Assembly: GCA_965224195.1 (NCBI GenBank) | Contig: OZ245040.1 | Location: 672,001-736,000 of the forward strand | DNA length: 64,000 nucleotides | Direction of reading: 5' to 3' | Source: Nitrosopumilus sp. | Lineage (GTDB): Archaea > Thermoproteota > Nitrososphaeria > Nitrososphaerales > Nitrosopumilaceae | Shown: in pieces, positions 42,206 through 52,671 of the stretch | Layout: every line of letters starts with the position of its first letter | How positions within the stretch are numbered: position 1 is the stretch's first letter | The notes under the pieces: generated by a model | What the model was told of the DNA's origin: nothing | The model's database searches: none | What the model saw: the letters and a program-made list of their open reading frames with translations, nothing else | Program-made: the position numbers and the translations under genes

Positions 42206-43876
42206 TTATCGTGTCCTAAATGATAAATAAGAAGGTAATTCCCCTAAAAGGTATCGGGATAAAAGTCTTGCCTGAATTTCCATGATTCTTCTATAACTTA
42301 CAACGTATCCTAATAATGGGTGTGTGATTGGAGTATCCATCCTTCGCTCAAAGGCATTGATGATCTTGCTTTTTCCATTTTTTGTAAGAGTCACACCGAA
42401 CTTTGTTCTTATAATATCTGCATTTGATAATTCACCATTATTGATTATTGTAATGCAAACTGAATCTGCAATTATTGGCCTGAATTCTTCAATTAAATCT
42501 AAGGCAAGTGCAGGTTTACCATATCTGGGTTTATGAAGAAACCCTAGATAGGGATCAAGGCCTACTCGTAATAGAGTAACTGTTGCCTGTTTTGTAAGCA
42601 TCGTATACAAAAATGAAAGTATCGCATTTACTGGGTCTAGAGGAGGGCGTTTGTTTCGCCCATTAAAATCAAAATCATACAAATTTGTTTTTAGCATTCC
42701 ATTAAATTCTGAAAAATAAATCTTTGCTGCAATTCCTTCAATTCCAAGAATTTGTTCGTACTTTTTAGCAACACGTGCCTTCTCTGCAAATTTATCAATC
42801 TCAGTGGATACCGTATTTGGCAGATGTTTGTGATTTCTACGCAACAACGTAATGCAATTTTTGATCTTCCCAAATACAATCTCTCTCGCAACTGGCATGA
42901 ATAATTTATCTTCTGCTGCTTGTTTGTATTGGCATAATCTTAGTTCCACATTCTTATGAGACATTCCATTAGTAATCCCTGTAAACCATCCACCATAGCT
43001 CAGATAGCATATTGGAATATTATTATCACACAGATAACGTACTGCTTGAGTCGTAACTTGAATATTTCCCATTATTGTGATATTGGAGATGTCAAGCATC
43101 CTGATTTTTTTTAACACATTACCTTGATATTTGATTACTATGCAATCATGATCCTTTGATACTACGGCGCCTTGTTCCTGAACATATACTGGCATTGAAT
43201 CATCTACAGCAGGATACATGCGTCTAACTTGACTTTTTTTAATTAATTTCTTAGACTTGCCTGCAAGCAGATTTATCTCATCTGGAAGACATATTCCAAC
43301 CAGAGCACATCTGGGGCATTTTGGACTGTCTACTAGTGGGGGTGGCATTATATTTGAACGTGCCATGTCACGCATTTGCTGGATCATCTTTTCTGTCTTC
43401 TCAACTAGAACATCTGAAAATACAACTTCTATGCGCTGTTTTGATGATATGTAATATATGATTCCTTTTGTACATGTATATCCGTGAGATCTAAGTAATA
43501 ATCCCTGACCACATATCTGAATCTTGTGATAATCATGTACTTTATCTGGAATATTTGGAACGGCACCACGTTTGTATTCTATGGGTGTGGCATATGATCC
43601 ATCTAATTCTAGCAGGTCCATCTTTGCAATGAGACCAACATTGCTGTCTGAAACAGTAATTGATCTTGCATGAATTACTTGATCAGGATCTTCTCTTAGT
43701 TTTTTATTTCCTGACGGTTTATCTACATTTCTGTGCTGCATCTTTCCATCTATTACATCTACAGTATCTGTAAACTCATTTTGTATCCACTGCATGTATG
43801 CTGAACGTGGACAATATGCATATTCTGCAAGCATACTTACAGGAATGAATCTTGGTTCTTTGTATTCTGCCATCAT
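42206..43876 (-). CDS. cas1: Cas4-Cas1 fusion
   Basis: Cas4: YCPR, MDLLE, PIEYKRG, KCPRCALVGICLPDE; Cas1: LGIEGIAAKIYF, RPPLDPVNAILS, LGFLH, LALDLIEEFRP. Confidence 0.95.
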   Translation of the reverse strand: MMAEYKEPRFIPVSMLAEYAYCPRSAYMQWIQNEFTDTVDVIDGKMQHRNVDKPSGNKKLREDPDQVIHARSITVSDSNVGLIAKMDLLELDGSYATPIEYKRGAVPNIPDKVHDYHKIQICGQGLLLRSHGYTCTKGIIYYISSKQRIEVVFSDVLVEKTEKMIQQMRDMARSNIMPPPLVDSPKCPRCALVGICLPDEINLLAGKSKKLIKKSQVRRMYPAVDDSMPVYVQEQGAVVSKDHDCIVIKYQGNVLKKIRMLDISNITIMGNIQVTTQAVRYLCDNNIPICYLSYGGWFTGITNGMSHKNVELRLCQYKQAAEDKLFMPVAREIVFGKIKNCITLLRRNHKHLPNTVSTEIDKFAEKARVAKKYEQILGIEGIAAKIYFSEFNGMLKTNLYDFDFNGRNKRPPLDPVNAILSFLYTMLTKQATVTLLRVGLDPYLGFLHKPRYGKPALALDLIEEFRPIIADSVCITIINNGELSNADIIRTKFGVTLTKNGKSKIINAFERRMDTPITHPLLGYVVSYRRIMEIQARLLSRYLLGELPSYLSFRTR

Positions 43877-44589
43877 TCTTCATATGGCACAAACATTCCA
43901 AGTCCAAAATGACATCCATATCCCAAAAAAAGCGGTCCAGATACAGGATTGCTAAATTCCAGCATTACCTCATATCCTGGCATCGGTTTTTCATTTGGTT
44001 TTCTAATACGCTTGAACTCTTTTGGTTGTATTTTAGATAGATGCATTGGTATGCTATTGTCCTTTACAACCACATTTATTATTTTATATAAAGGATATCT
44101 CCGTTTCAATTCCAATTCTACTTGATTCTTTGGAGTATCAGACACCTTATTGCCACGGATTTTTGTATGCCGATTTAATACAAAAGGCGTTTTTGAAATC
44201 CATTTTTTATGTTCCTGCATCATTGAATTATCTTCATTGATATTGTCACAAAGTATTACATGTGCACGTATGTTGTCGTGTTTAGAATATATCTCATCTA
44301 CTGCTTTAACCGCATCTAGTTCCAATATTGTAAGTTTAGTATCTGTCATAATTGTTATATGATCAATATATCCATCACAATCATCATCAGTGGGAATATA
44401 AAAAACATGTTCATGCCCATATAGTGGCATGCCATTAGAATCCTTTCCGGCCAGTGTTCTTGAAACATTGTTATTGTTTTGTCTTCCATAATGGGACATT
44501 ATTGCCAATCTGATTAAACTGCCAACATTAATTGTAAAAGTTATTGAAATATTGTTTTCATAAATTTGATATCTTAATGTGTTGCACAT
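43873..44589 (-). CDS. Stand-alone Cas6-like RAMP (resembles C-terminal half of Csb2)
   Basis: LAGKDSNGMPLYGHEHVFYIP...DGYIDH, WISKTPFVL, Gly-rich loop GPLFLGYGCHFGLGMF. Confidence 0.75.
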   Translation of the reverse strand: MCNTLRYQIYENNISITFTINVGSLIRLAIMSHYGRQNNNNVSRTLAGKDSNGMPLYGHEHVFYIPTDDDCDGYIDHITIMTDTKLTILELDAVKAVDEIYSKHDNIRAHVILCDNINEDNSMMQEHKKWISKTPFVLNRHTKIRGNKVSDTPKNQVELELKRRYPLYKIINVVVKDNSIPMHLSKIQPKEFKRIRKPNEKPMPGYEVMLEFSNPVSGPLFLGYGCHFGLGMFVPYEE

Positions 44590-44598
44590 CTTATCATG

Positions 44599-45525
44599 TC
44601 AAACTTCCTTTGTTCCTTTTGTAAATCTCATTTGTTTATCTTTGGTAATTCTTTCTGAAGAATACAATTCCAATCCAATTTTGTCAAGTTCTTCTGGCTT
44701 AAACTTGGAGTAATCTGTAGACAAAATACCTCGAATTTCGTCCAGACCTGCAAACTCTTCCCATATTGGCCATACAAATTTTTTGTCATTCCATCCAATA
44801 GTACGTACATGCTTACCATCGTATAGTGTGGGATAAAGAGAAATAGCTTCTACTGCAAGTCTGTTTGCTCCATGCATAGATGGGTTAAAACTCGGTACAG
44901 GATCAAATATCAGCAGTGCATGCTCTCGTAGAAGAGATATAGGATCCCAATACATAGAAACACCGTCATCCAAATAATCCCATTCTTTAAAGAGTGTGGT
45001 ATGGATCCCTTCTTTCTTTCTTTCTATTTCCCCCACAAGCTTGTTTGCATTCCCAAATAAAGTTGCGTTTCCAGTTACAAACCGAAACAAACTATCTTTA
45101 ATTTCTTCTTTGTCTGGAAAAGCAACAGATGCAGCAAAATCATATAGGCGTCTTTTGCTTGAAAAATTATTAGAATCGATCTTATTCATAATCAGATCCA
45201 TAATAAAACCCATAAATTCATTGTATTGATCATATTTGTTGGCCTTTGTAGATTTTGAGTCCTTTTTATTTTTCCCCTTCATAATCCCTCCATAATCAAT
45301 GTCTTGTGGCTCAAACAAAGGATCATCTTTGCCAAGATGCTCTGCAAGTAGATCAGATATCTCTTCTTCTGTTGGTTCTTTACCATCTTTACATCGTATC
45401 TCTGCATTGGTATTCCAACGTAACTCCCATTCTGATTTTGGTTCTATCATGTCAAGTACTCTAATAGTTCCAAGGGATACCAAAAAATTAAATGGGTTGT
45501 CAGGGTATAAACTGTGTAAGATCAA
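44599..45525 (-). CDS. Type I-G large subunit (Cas8g/Csb3-like); probable TTG start overlapping cas3 stop
   Basis: NPFNFLVSLG, WDYLD...WDP, GANRLAVEAISLYP, FVWPIW; position directly after cas3. Confidence 0.7.
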   Translation of the reverse strand: MILHSLYPDNPFNFLVSLGTIRVLDMIEPKSEWELRWNTNAEIRCKDGKEPTEEEISDLLAEHLGKDDPLFEPQDIDYGGIMKGKNKKDSKSTKANKYDQYNEFMGFIMDLIMNKIDSNNFSSKRRLYDFAASVAFPDKEEIKDSLFRFVTGNATLFGNANKLVGEIERKKEGIHTTLFKEWDYLDDGVSMYWDPISLLREHALLIFDPVPSFNPSMHGANRLAVEAISLYPTLYDGKHVRTIGWNDKKFVWPIWEEFAGLDEIRGILSTDYSKFKPEELDKIGLELYSSERITKDKQMRFTKGTKEV

Positions 45526-48329
45526 TTTGTGCCACCGCTTGCTTCCCAATCCGCAAGTATGAATAAGGCCTCCAACCATGCAAGTCCCCACCACCCATAC
45601 TTTCTAACACATATCCAAAAACGTTTTGCAGCTCCACTTCCAACACGCTCAATTCCAGTAGACGCTTGAGCTTGTAGCGTTTTCCCATCCAAAACATACT
45701 CTATATTTGGATTTTCATCATCGATGACTACTGGTACAAACGGTCTACAATGACCATGATGGGATTCTACTAGGTGTAAAAATAAATCATTATCGAAAGT
45801 ATTCAGTGTTTTAGCAAATTCTGATGAAATAAATTCATGCCTAAAGCCCTTTGGGTAATATATGACACTTGAATCTTTTTTCTTCCCGTTATCTTTTGCA
45901 CGAAGTTGTGGATGGTGCATTTTTGATCTATACAGCATGTCTTGGAATCTTTTGTCTGCCTTTCCTATGTCGTGCACCTTTGCAGTCATTTCAAATAATG
46001 CAGTAAAATCATCTAGTTTTAGTTTTTCTACATATTTCTTAACATTTTTCACAACATCATCTGTATGATCCTCTAAAATTTCTTTTGGGGTATCTTTGTC
46101 TTTTTTTTGGCCTGTTTTATATCTGGATTTGATTAGCAAAATGTTGTCATCTAGCTCTCCAATATGATCTATAGGAGAATTTGTCATATCACTGTCGATT
46201 TTTAAAGTTTTGTCAATTGCTTTCAGGGAATCCCACAATGGAGTTTTTTCTAGTGATTTCCATATTGTTTTTTTAATTTTTTCAATATCCATCTTTGAAT
46301 ATTCATTTTTTATAGCATGAATAAGATCTTTTCCCTCATCTGTCATCTTTACTGGAAAGTTATTTCCCATTCTAATTACTAGTTTCTTTGTTGATTCAAA
46401 TGTAGCTTTTTCGGCAATGTCTACACATGTCTTGTCTGTATTTTCATTTGACCCATATTCATCCATGTCCGGTATGTGACCTAGTTTTGACCATCCTCCA
46501 TCTTCAGTACGTAGCACAATAACATCACTAGGTTTTATATCATCTGGGTTAATTTCACCGTTCTGACCTGATTTTTTACCGCGCCAAACCCATGCACTTA
46601 TCTTTGCTCGCTTCTCATTGTCCATGCCTTTTGCTCGCTTCTCATTGTCCATGCCTTCTGCTAACTGCCATTCCACATCTCCATCAGCGCATAAATCCTT
46701 TTCATTTTTTAGATATTTGCGAATATCCCATATTGGGACTTGCATGGATTCAATAGATTTTGGTAAAAGTGCATTCATTATGTCTTCCCAATTGGCATCT
46801 AGGCCAGAACGCCATATTACAGAGACCATTGGTGAGCCTCGCTCAAAGCCATGTAGAAATGGAGATATGTCAGGATCAATGTGAAGATGGTTGTGTGTTT
46901 GACATAACAGATCCATATGAGATGGTAAAAGATTGCATGATACTGGTCCTGGCATAACAAATTCTGCCACCTGATCATAATTACATTTATCAATTATTTT
47001 CTTGAATTTTTTTATCCCAAAATCTATCGTGTCGTTTGTGGCATTATTTTTAAGAAAGTCCCATGTTTTGCTTACTGTATCACCATATATAAAATCACTA
47101 CCATTACTATTTACGACAGATTTTGGCGCAACTATCGAACACCGTGAATTTAGATATTCGCCGCTACGGTTAAGCCTTCCAAATCTTTGCCTAAGTGAAT
47201 CTAAACTTGATGCCTCACTGACCATACCTGCAAAATCAAGATCAGCACCTACCTCAAGACACTGTGTTGTCACGATAAATGTTACTTCAGTGGGTTTTTT
47301 TTCACCTGTCTTAAATGGTTTTATATCGCGCCATAATTTATCACGATCCCATGGTCTCATTCTTCCAATCATGAGATGTGTATTGTGATGGCCACTTTCC
47401 TTTAATTTGCGATATACCTCTTTTGCTGTTGCGATTCTGTTTACAACTATGGCAATTGCTTTAATGTTGTCTTTCTCTAACTCTAAAGCTTGTTTTTGAA
47501 TATCTGATGCAAGTTTCTCATAATCCTTACTGTCTTTTGCATTTGATTCTATTAACTTACACATTTTAGAGGCCTCAACTATGCGTTTTATTTTATCATG
47601 TTTATAGTCAGCATCAGAGAGTTCAAATCTTTCTGTCTCTTTAATGGGTGTTGCAGTCATTTCTACCACACCCCATGGTCTAGGGATTGATTTACCCTCA
47701 ATCCAAGGTTCCTTCCTAAATTCTTCAATACGTCTTAATGTCTCTGTGAATGGTTTGCTGATATGCGTCTCATCTAGTATCCAAAGACAATCATATCCCA
47801 AAAGCCCTGCATTTACAAGTCTAGACATACGTCCTAGGCCATATCCGCGAAAGAGTAATCTGGATCCTGCTTGATCTACAGTTGATGCGATAACAATTGG
47901 TTGTACTGGATTACTACTCCATTCATTATCAATATGAGTTCCACCCCGGAGGACAGCATGCATTAGAGCTGTTTTACCTCCAGAAATATCACACAGGCTC
48001 TTTTTCACCCTCCCCAGTATCGAGTCATCTGTTGATTTCTCTAACTCATCGGATATTTTCTTGGCACGCTCATTTCCTTCATCTACAACTATTCGTCTGT
48101 TGACAACAAACACTATTCTTCTTGGATTCTTCTCAGGATTACATGCAAGTGCATATACTGCTATATCTATGCATGACGTCTTTCCACATCCAGTTGGAAC
48201 ATTTATGCTTTCAGGCCATCTACCTGTCTCAATTACTTGCTCGGCAAGCTTGCTTTGCCACGGGTATGGCTCATATCCATGTATTTCTCGATAAAAATCC
48301 TTAAACTCACAGGAAGTTAATTCAACCAT
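45522..48329 (-). CDS. cas3: Type I-G Cas3 (SF2 helicase with C-terminal HD nuclease)
   Basis: PTGCGKT, VNRRIVVD, STVDQAGSRLLFRGYG, DETH, EVGADLD, QRFGRLNR; C-terminal HDIGKAD, RHE, SHHG, LADWEAS. Confidence 0.95.
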   Translation of the reverse strand: MVELTSCEFKDFYREIHGYEPYPWQSKLAEQVIETGRWPESINVPTGCGKTSCIDIAVYALACNPEKNPRRIVFVVNRRIVVDEGNERAKKISDELEKSTDDSILGRVKKSLCDISGGKTALMHAVLRGGTHIDNEWSSNPVQPIVIASTVDQAGSRLLFRGYGLGRMSRLVNAGLLGYDCLWILDETHISKPFTETLRRIEEFRKEPWIEGKSIPRPWGVVEMTATPIKETERFELSDADYKHDKIKRIVEASKMCKLIESNAKDSKDYEKLASDIQKQALELEKDNIKAIAIVVNRIATAKEVYRKLKESGHHNTHLMIGRMRPWDRDKLWRDIKPFKTGEKKPTEVTFIVTTQCLEVGADLDFAGMVSEASSLDSLRQRFGRLNRSGEYLNSRCSIVAPKSVVNSNGSDFIYGDTVSKTWDFLKNNATNDTIDFGIKKFKKIIDKCNYDQVAEFVMPGPVSCNLLPSHMDLLCQTHNHLHIDPDISPFLHGFERGSPMVSVIWRSGLDANWEDIMNALLPKSIESMQVPIWDIRKYLKNEKDLCADGDVEWQLAEGMDNEKRAKGMDNEKRAKISAWVWRGKKSGQNGEINPDDIKPSDVIVLRTEDGGWSKLGHIPDMDEYGSNENTDKTCVDIAEKATFESTKKLVIRMGNNFPVKMTDEGKDLIHAIKNEYSKMDIEKIKKTIWKSLEKTPLWDSLKAIDKTLKIDSDMTNSPIDHIGELDDNILLIKSRYKTGQKKDKDTPKEILEDHTDDVVKNVKKYVEKLKLDDFTALFEMTAKVHDIGKADKRFQDMLYRSKMHHPQLRAKDNGKKKDSSVIYYPKGFRHEFISSEFAKTLNTFDNDLFLHLVESHHGHCRPFVPVVIDDENPNIEYVLDGKTLQAQASTGIERVGSGAAKRFWICVRKYGWWGLAWLEALFILADWEASGGTN

Positions 48330-49780
48330 TGTTTATCCCACCATGGCCTACACAAACCATACCCATTATATCTTCCAGCTCCTAATAATAATGGACCTGT
48401 GATTTTTTCCTTGAATTGAAGTCGTGCATGCACTTGTATTCTGTTTTCTGCATACTTTGGAAATGTGTTGGACTTTGGCACTCCCTTTAGAAATGCAATA
48501 TTTGATATGGATACATCAGGTTCAGGAAGATTTTGATATGTGCATGATTTGGATATTATTTCCCCCGCTTTGTCATTCCAGGTTGTACTATCTTTTACAC
48601 GTGGAATTCTATCTAATATTATTGGTGTTGTTGTAACCCATGTTCTTGCAGATTCTTTCCAAGTATTCGGGTCTAGCGTTCTTATGGGGTGATCCGGAGG
48701 ATCCAAAGAAAACACTATGTCATCATAATTTTTATTCTTGATTCTAATCTCCGTGGATTCTTTAGTGCCAAACAATGCCTTTGAAATAACATCTTCACTT
48801 TTAGAATCTCTTTCACGTGGAAATATGATTGCAACGCCACGAATTAATCCGTCTGCATATGAATGGCCTGTAAAAGATAATGGTACTATTGCAATATGTG
48901 GCTTTTTACTTGGATTTCCATCCGTATCAAGTCCTGATATATATTCTGGCGAATTACTTTCCTGTATTTTATTTCTTAGAGATCGTATTACATGTTTGCT
49001 GTGTAATAAACTGGGTTTTTGATCACTTGTAATTGGCATAATCCACATATCTGAAAATTGACCTCGAATACAGGGTGCTTTCTGATCTTGTTTTTTAGAA
49101 TATCTGTATTCTGGTAGAGATATGGCATTAAGACGTGCTTTTCTGATAAAATATTCATCATGACTTTTAAGAATGTCTTTTACCATAAATGATTTTTCTA
49201 GTTTGGATAATAGTCCTTTTGATGCCCAGCGAACTGTGGTATCTCCAAACTTGTCTGGAATCATGGCAGGATCTATGCTGACTTTTGAATCATTAACGGT
49301 TAATGAGACAAAACTGCTACTGTGACCCAACCTATGAACTCGAGAACAAAGTGTCTTTAACGTATTCGAGTATTTTTGAGAATCTGCATCATCCCATACA
49401 AAATACACTGGGTCATACCCTGTTATGGTGGTGGGAAACATGCGTGACTTGCGTATTCTATTTAGAGGTATTTCTAATGTTGTCAACAGTGCACCGCCTT
49501 TTTTGACTTTTTTCCCAATTTCATCATTTATTGGAACATATGTTTCTACAATATCACGTTTGGTAATTTTATCTGGTTCATAATATATCCAAGGGGGGCT
49601 ACATTGTTCAAGCCACTCTAAAGCTTTCTTTTCATTTTGTTTTTCACCTCCATCAAAATATGCCGACACCATTGCCATAAACAATCTGCCTGGATGTGGT
49701 GGCCATTCTGGTTTTTTATCTTGTTTTAAATTTGTTGCAGTATAGCGTCCTGTCAAAAACTCTATGCTGATAGACAGCAT
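48317..49780 (-). CDS. csb2: Type I-G Csb2 (Cas5-Cas6 fusion)
   Basis: EWPPHPGRLFMAMV, ALEWLEQ, YVPIND, RLGHSSS, WVTTTPIILDR, GPLLLGAGRYNGYGLC. Confidence 0.92.
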   Translation of the reverse strand: MLSISIEFLTGRYTATNLKQDKKPEWPPHPGRLFMAMVSAYFDGGEKQNEKKALEWLEQCSPPWIYYEPDKITKRDIVETYVPINDEIGKKVKKGGALLTTLEIPLNRIRKSRMFPTTITGYDPVYFVWDDADSQKYSNTLKTLCSRVHRLGHSSSFVSLTVNDSKVSIDPAMIPDKFGDTTVRWASKGLLSKLEKSFMVKDILKSHDEYFIRKARLNAISLPEYRYSKKQDQKAPCIRGQFSDMWIMPITSDQKPSLLHSKHVIRSLRNKIQESNSPEYISGLDTDGNPSKKPHIAIVPLSFTGHSYADGLIRGVAIIFPRERDSKSEDVISKALFGTKESTEIRIKNKNYDDIVFSLDPPDHPIRTLDPNTWKESARTWVTTTPIILDRIPRVKDSTTWNDKAGEIISKSCTYQNLPEPDVSISNIAFLKGVPKSNTFPKYAENRIQVHARLQFKEKITGPLLLGAGRYNGYGLCRPWWDKQWLN

Positions 49781-49782
49781 AG

Positions 49783-51057
49783 TTAATCTCCTTTTGAATC
49801 ATCTTCTAATCCACTTTGTGAATTTTTTATACACTGAATAAGATCCTGATTTGGTAATAATTTCATAGGTGTTGTATCCCATGGCAAATCATTACTAGTT
49901 GCATCTTTAATCGAGTCTTCTAATAATTTAATTGCACCTTTACTGTCAAGAGTAAATGTTTTATCCATATTGCCGAGTACATCCCAAGTTGTTGGTTCTT
50001 TTTGTATCAAAACACATCTTGAGCGAAGATCCAATCCATTTTCCACCGAAAGCGTAAATGCTACAAGTCCAAGTGCTGTTAATACTGCTCTTGCTGCATC
50101 ATCTTTTTGTATATTTATTGATTTTTCATTTTCATTAGGAAAATGTAGTTTTCGGAGTCCAGCAAGAGAGATAACACATGTCTGTTCTGCATATTCTATT
50201 GTTGCTCCATTTGCAGCGATATCCCCTTTTTTGATAGTGTTGTCGTTAGAAAGGGGATTACTTGAACCAGGTAAGTTATCACTATATGTATTGAGACTTG
50301 GTGCGACATTTCCTAGGTTTATGTTAGATAATTTCCCTTCTCGATATTTTGTTGACTTGTCTTTTTCGTCCTTTTTTGCTTCATTTTCATCAAGCGTCCA
50401 ACCTCCATCTTCTTTTTCCCATACTCTGCTATCAGAAGTTTTTTGGATTAAAGGATCAATACGGCTTGAAGTACCAACTCCAAACACTGCATTAATGCCA
50501 ACTATTTCACTAGTAATTACCCGTTCAAATTTGTTTCCCGATCCTCCTTTTGGACCTGCAGAGTCCCACATGCCAAAAAGTAATGCTGTAGGACATGTGC
50601 CAAACAGAGATGTAGAAGAATAAGGTGTAGAGTTTAGTATTTTGATACCCTCTTCAGATTCACGAAACGGCTTACCATTTAAAATACATTCCCTAAACAA
50701 TGCATCAGCTATGCGGTGCGGTGCCTGAAGGCTTGTTAAACGATTTCCTACAATGTCTAAATCATCTTTACTTGATTCAGAAAAATCAATTACAGCTAAC
50801 GGTAGTTTTATTTTTTCAGAATCAACAGCATTTTGTAATGCTTCCTCCATACGATTTGCTTGGCTAGCAACAGAATCCATCAAAACACATTTGGTTGTTT
50901 TTTCATTAACCAATCTGTCTTCTATGGCATACACTCCTCCTGCATATGTAGAGGGAAATATTTTACTATGTTGCCCACCGGCTGGATATAATTTGTTAAT
51001 TGTTCTTATGGCCACCTGATCTTTTATAATTTCCTTAAATTCTTGAAATTCTAACAT
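49783..51057 (-). CDS. csb1: Type I-G Cas7 (Csb1)
   Basis: KIFPSTY, DSVASQANRMEEAL, APHRIADA, PTALLFGMWDS, LDLRSRCVL. Confidence 0.92.
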   Translation of the reverse strand: MLEFQEFKEIIKDQVAIRTINKLYPAGGQHSKIFPSTYAGGVYAIEDRLVNEKTTKCVLMDSVASQANRMEEALQNAVDSEKIKLPLAVIDFSESSKDDLDIVGNRLTSLQAPHRIADALFRECILNGKPFRESEEGIKILNSTPYSSTSLFGTCPTALLFGMWDSAGPKGGSGNKFERVITSEIVGINAVFGVGTSSRIDPLIQKTSDSRVWEKEDGGWTLDENEAKKDEKDKSTKYREGKLSNINLGNVAPSLNTYSDNLPGSSNPLSNDNTIKKGDIAANGATIEYAEQTCVISLAGLRKLHFPNENEKSINIQKDDAARAVLTALGLVAFTLSVENGLDLRSRCVLIQKEPTTWDVLGNMDKTFTLDSKGAIKLLEDSIKDATSNDLPWDTTPMKLLPNQDLIQCIKNSQSGLEDDSKGD

Positions 51058-51079
51058 TGTGATCTATATTGAGATAATC

Positions 51080-51087
51080 TATATAAA
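51080..51087 (-). promoter_or_regulatory. TATA box of the cas operon (probably leaderless transcript)
   Basis: TTTATATA 23-30 bp upstream of the csb1 ATG. Confidence 0.6.
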
Positions 51088-52144
51088 CTGTGTTGCACAA
51101 CTAGCCATTTGACCTAGATTATTGTACCAATAAACCATTAGATCATTAATTAATTTCATCACTCAGGCTTTAGATCAGAATATTCTTCATAATCTCATGA
51201 AACCGTAATTGGAAAAAATACAACAAATCATTAGTTAGACGTGGAGAAACCATGTTGTCTTTTGATGCAATAGATTCATGGAGTACCGAACTCAAAGAGA
51301 TGAACCACAAAAAAGAGGGAGTGGCATTAATTTGAATATTCTGAATCCTTCATGAAATCAGCAACTGGAATACTGTCATCTCTATTTGCATCTGCCATTC
51401 AGACAAGCAGAAGGTCTGATAAAATCACACCTACAAGAAAAGACAAAAACTCCTTATCCTATTTTGCAATCTGGAAACGTCTCAACAAGCTGAACCTCAA
51501 AATTAATCCTAGATTAGGAAAAGATACCGTAATTGCAATTGACAGCACCAGAGTCAAGGCTGCAGACAGAGGTGGGAGTGGATGAGGCAAAGGAGAAGAA
51601 GGGTTCCTGAAGATTCATGTGGCAGCCGTGTAAAATCAAAACAAATCACAGGTTTAGAAATCACATATGACAAGTCACATGATCTAAAATCTTTTATCTC
51701 TCTATAGTTGAACAATCAAAAAAAAATTGGCAGTGCAACTGAAACTCTAGCTGATGGTGCAATGATGCCACAGATAATTTCTCATATTTGTACCATGAAG
51801 GTATCATTACATGAAGATGTCATTCCAGGAATAAAAACAAGAAAGAACTCATCTGTAAACACTGATTGTTATCCAAGACGAAAATCGGTTTTGGCTCAAA
51901 TTTTCAACCATGAGTTGTGGAAGAACAGCGTAAGCTAGGAACATACGGATTGCAGAGTCAGTATTTTCTGCATTCAAGCGAATGTTTGGTGAGGCATGTC
52001 ACATCCCACAAAAGAAAAAATATGATTCATGAACTCAAAATAAAAGTCTGTTTGTACAATAAGATGATTGCAATGCAATAAAACGATTTGAAACAATTGA
52101 TTCATTCAAGGAATGTTGATGATTTTTGTGGTTGGGAAACACAG
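51088..52144 (+). mobile_element. Degraded IS5/IS903-like element (different ends from the 3030 element)
   Basis: Inverted repeats CTGTGTTGCACAAC / GTTGGGAAACACAG; multi-frameshifted transposase (YNKSLVRRGE, IAIDSTRVK, LADGA, AESVFSAFKRMFG). Confidence 0.85.
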
Positions 52145-52229
52145 CATGACAAAGTACTGTTTGATGTAAGGTGTGTGATACTCGACGTATGGCAGTGATT
52201 GCCTTGATGCTAAAGCCCATACCAAAAGG

Positions 52230-52303
52230 CGCCTCCCACCAGACTTGAACTGGTGACCAACCGGTTAACAGCCGGTTGCTCTACCACGCTGAGCTAGGGA
52301 GGC
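52230..52303 (-). tRNA. tRNA-Asn(GTT)
   Basis: GCCTCCC...GGGAGGC-G acceptor, ACCGG-CTGTTAA-CCGGT anticodon arm, TTCAAGT T loop. Confidence 0.95.
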
Positions 52304-52367
52304 ACACGATTGTACCTTGGCAAAAGTGATTTAATCTTTGCGACTATTGCTTAATCAGCTAAAATCC

Positions 52368-52655
52368 TTAGTTAAATTTGGCAAAAAATTCTTTGATCTC
52401 TTTTGAATGACTCTCTACTAATTCGATAATCTCAATGTGTTCTCCGGCAGTAGGCTCTCTCTGGTGTACAACTTGAAATGCGCCAAGTGCAGAACCGACC
52501 ATTTCTCCAACAAAAAACCCACATAAAAAATCCCCAATATTTCCACAGTCCCAAGTTTCACCGATTCTTGGAGATGCACCTGCAGACTTGTATAACTCCA
52601 AAGTCTGTTCAATTAAATCTGTTGTCTGTTTTGCAAATTCAGGATCAAGGGTCAT
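52368..52655 (-). CDS. Conserved thaumarchaeal hypothetical protein
   Basis: Co-oriented after rpl6; host-like codon usage. Confidence 0.7.
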   Translation of the reverse strand: MTLDPEFAKQTTDLIEQTLELYKSAGASPRIGETWDCGNIGDFLCGFFVGEMVGSALGAFQVVHQREPTAGEHIEIIELVESHSKEIKEFFAKFN

Positions 52656-52671
52656 TTGTTAGATTGGAGTT

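Noticed and set aside
49970-50623. 217-aa ORF antisense to csb1, and similar antisense ORFs over gdhA, the helicases and ribosomal genes
   Set aside because: Shadow frames of well-supported genes on the opposite strand
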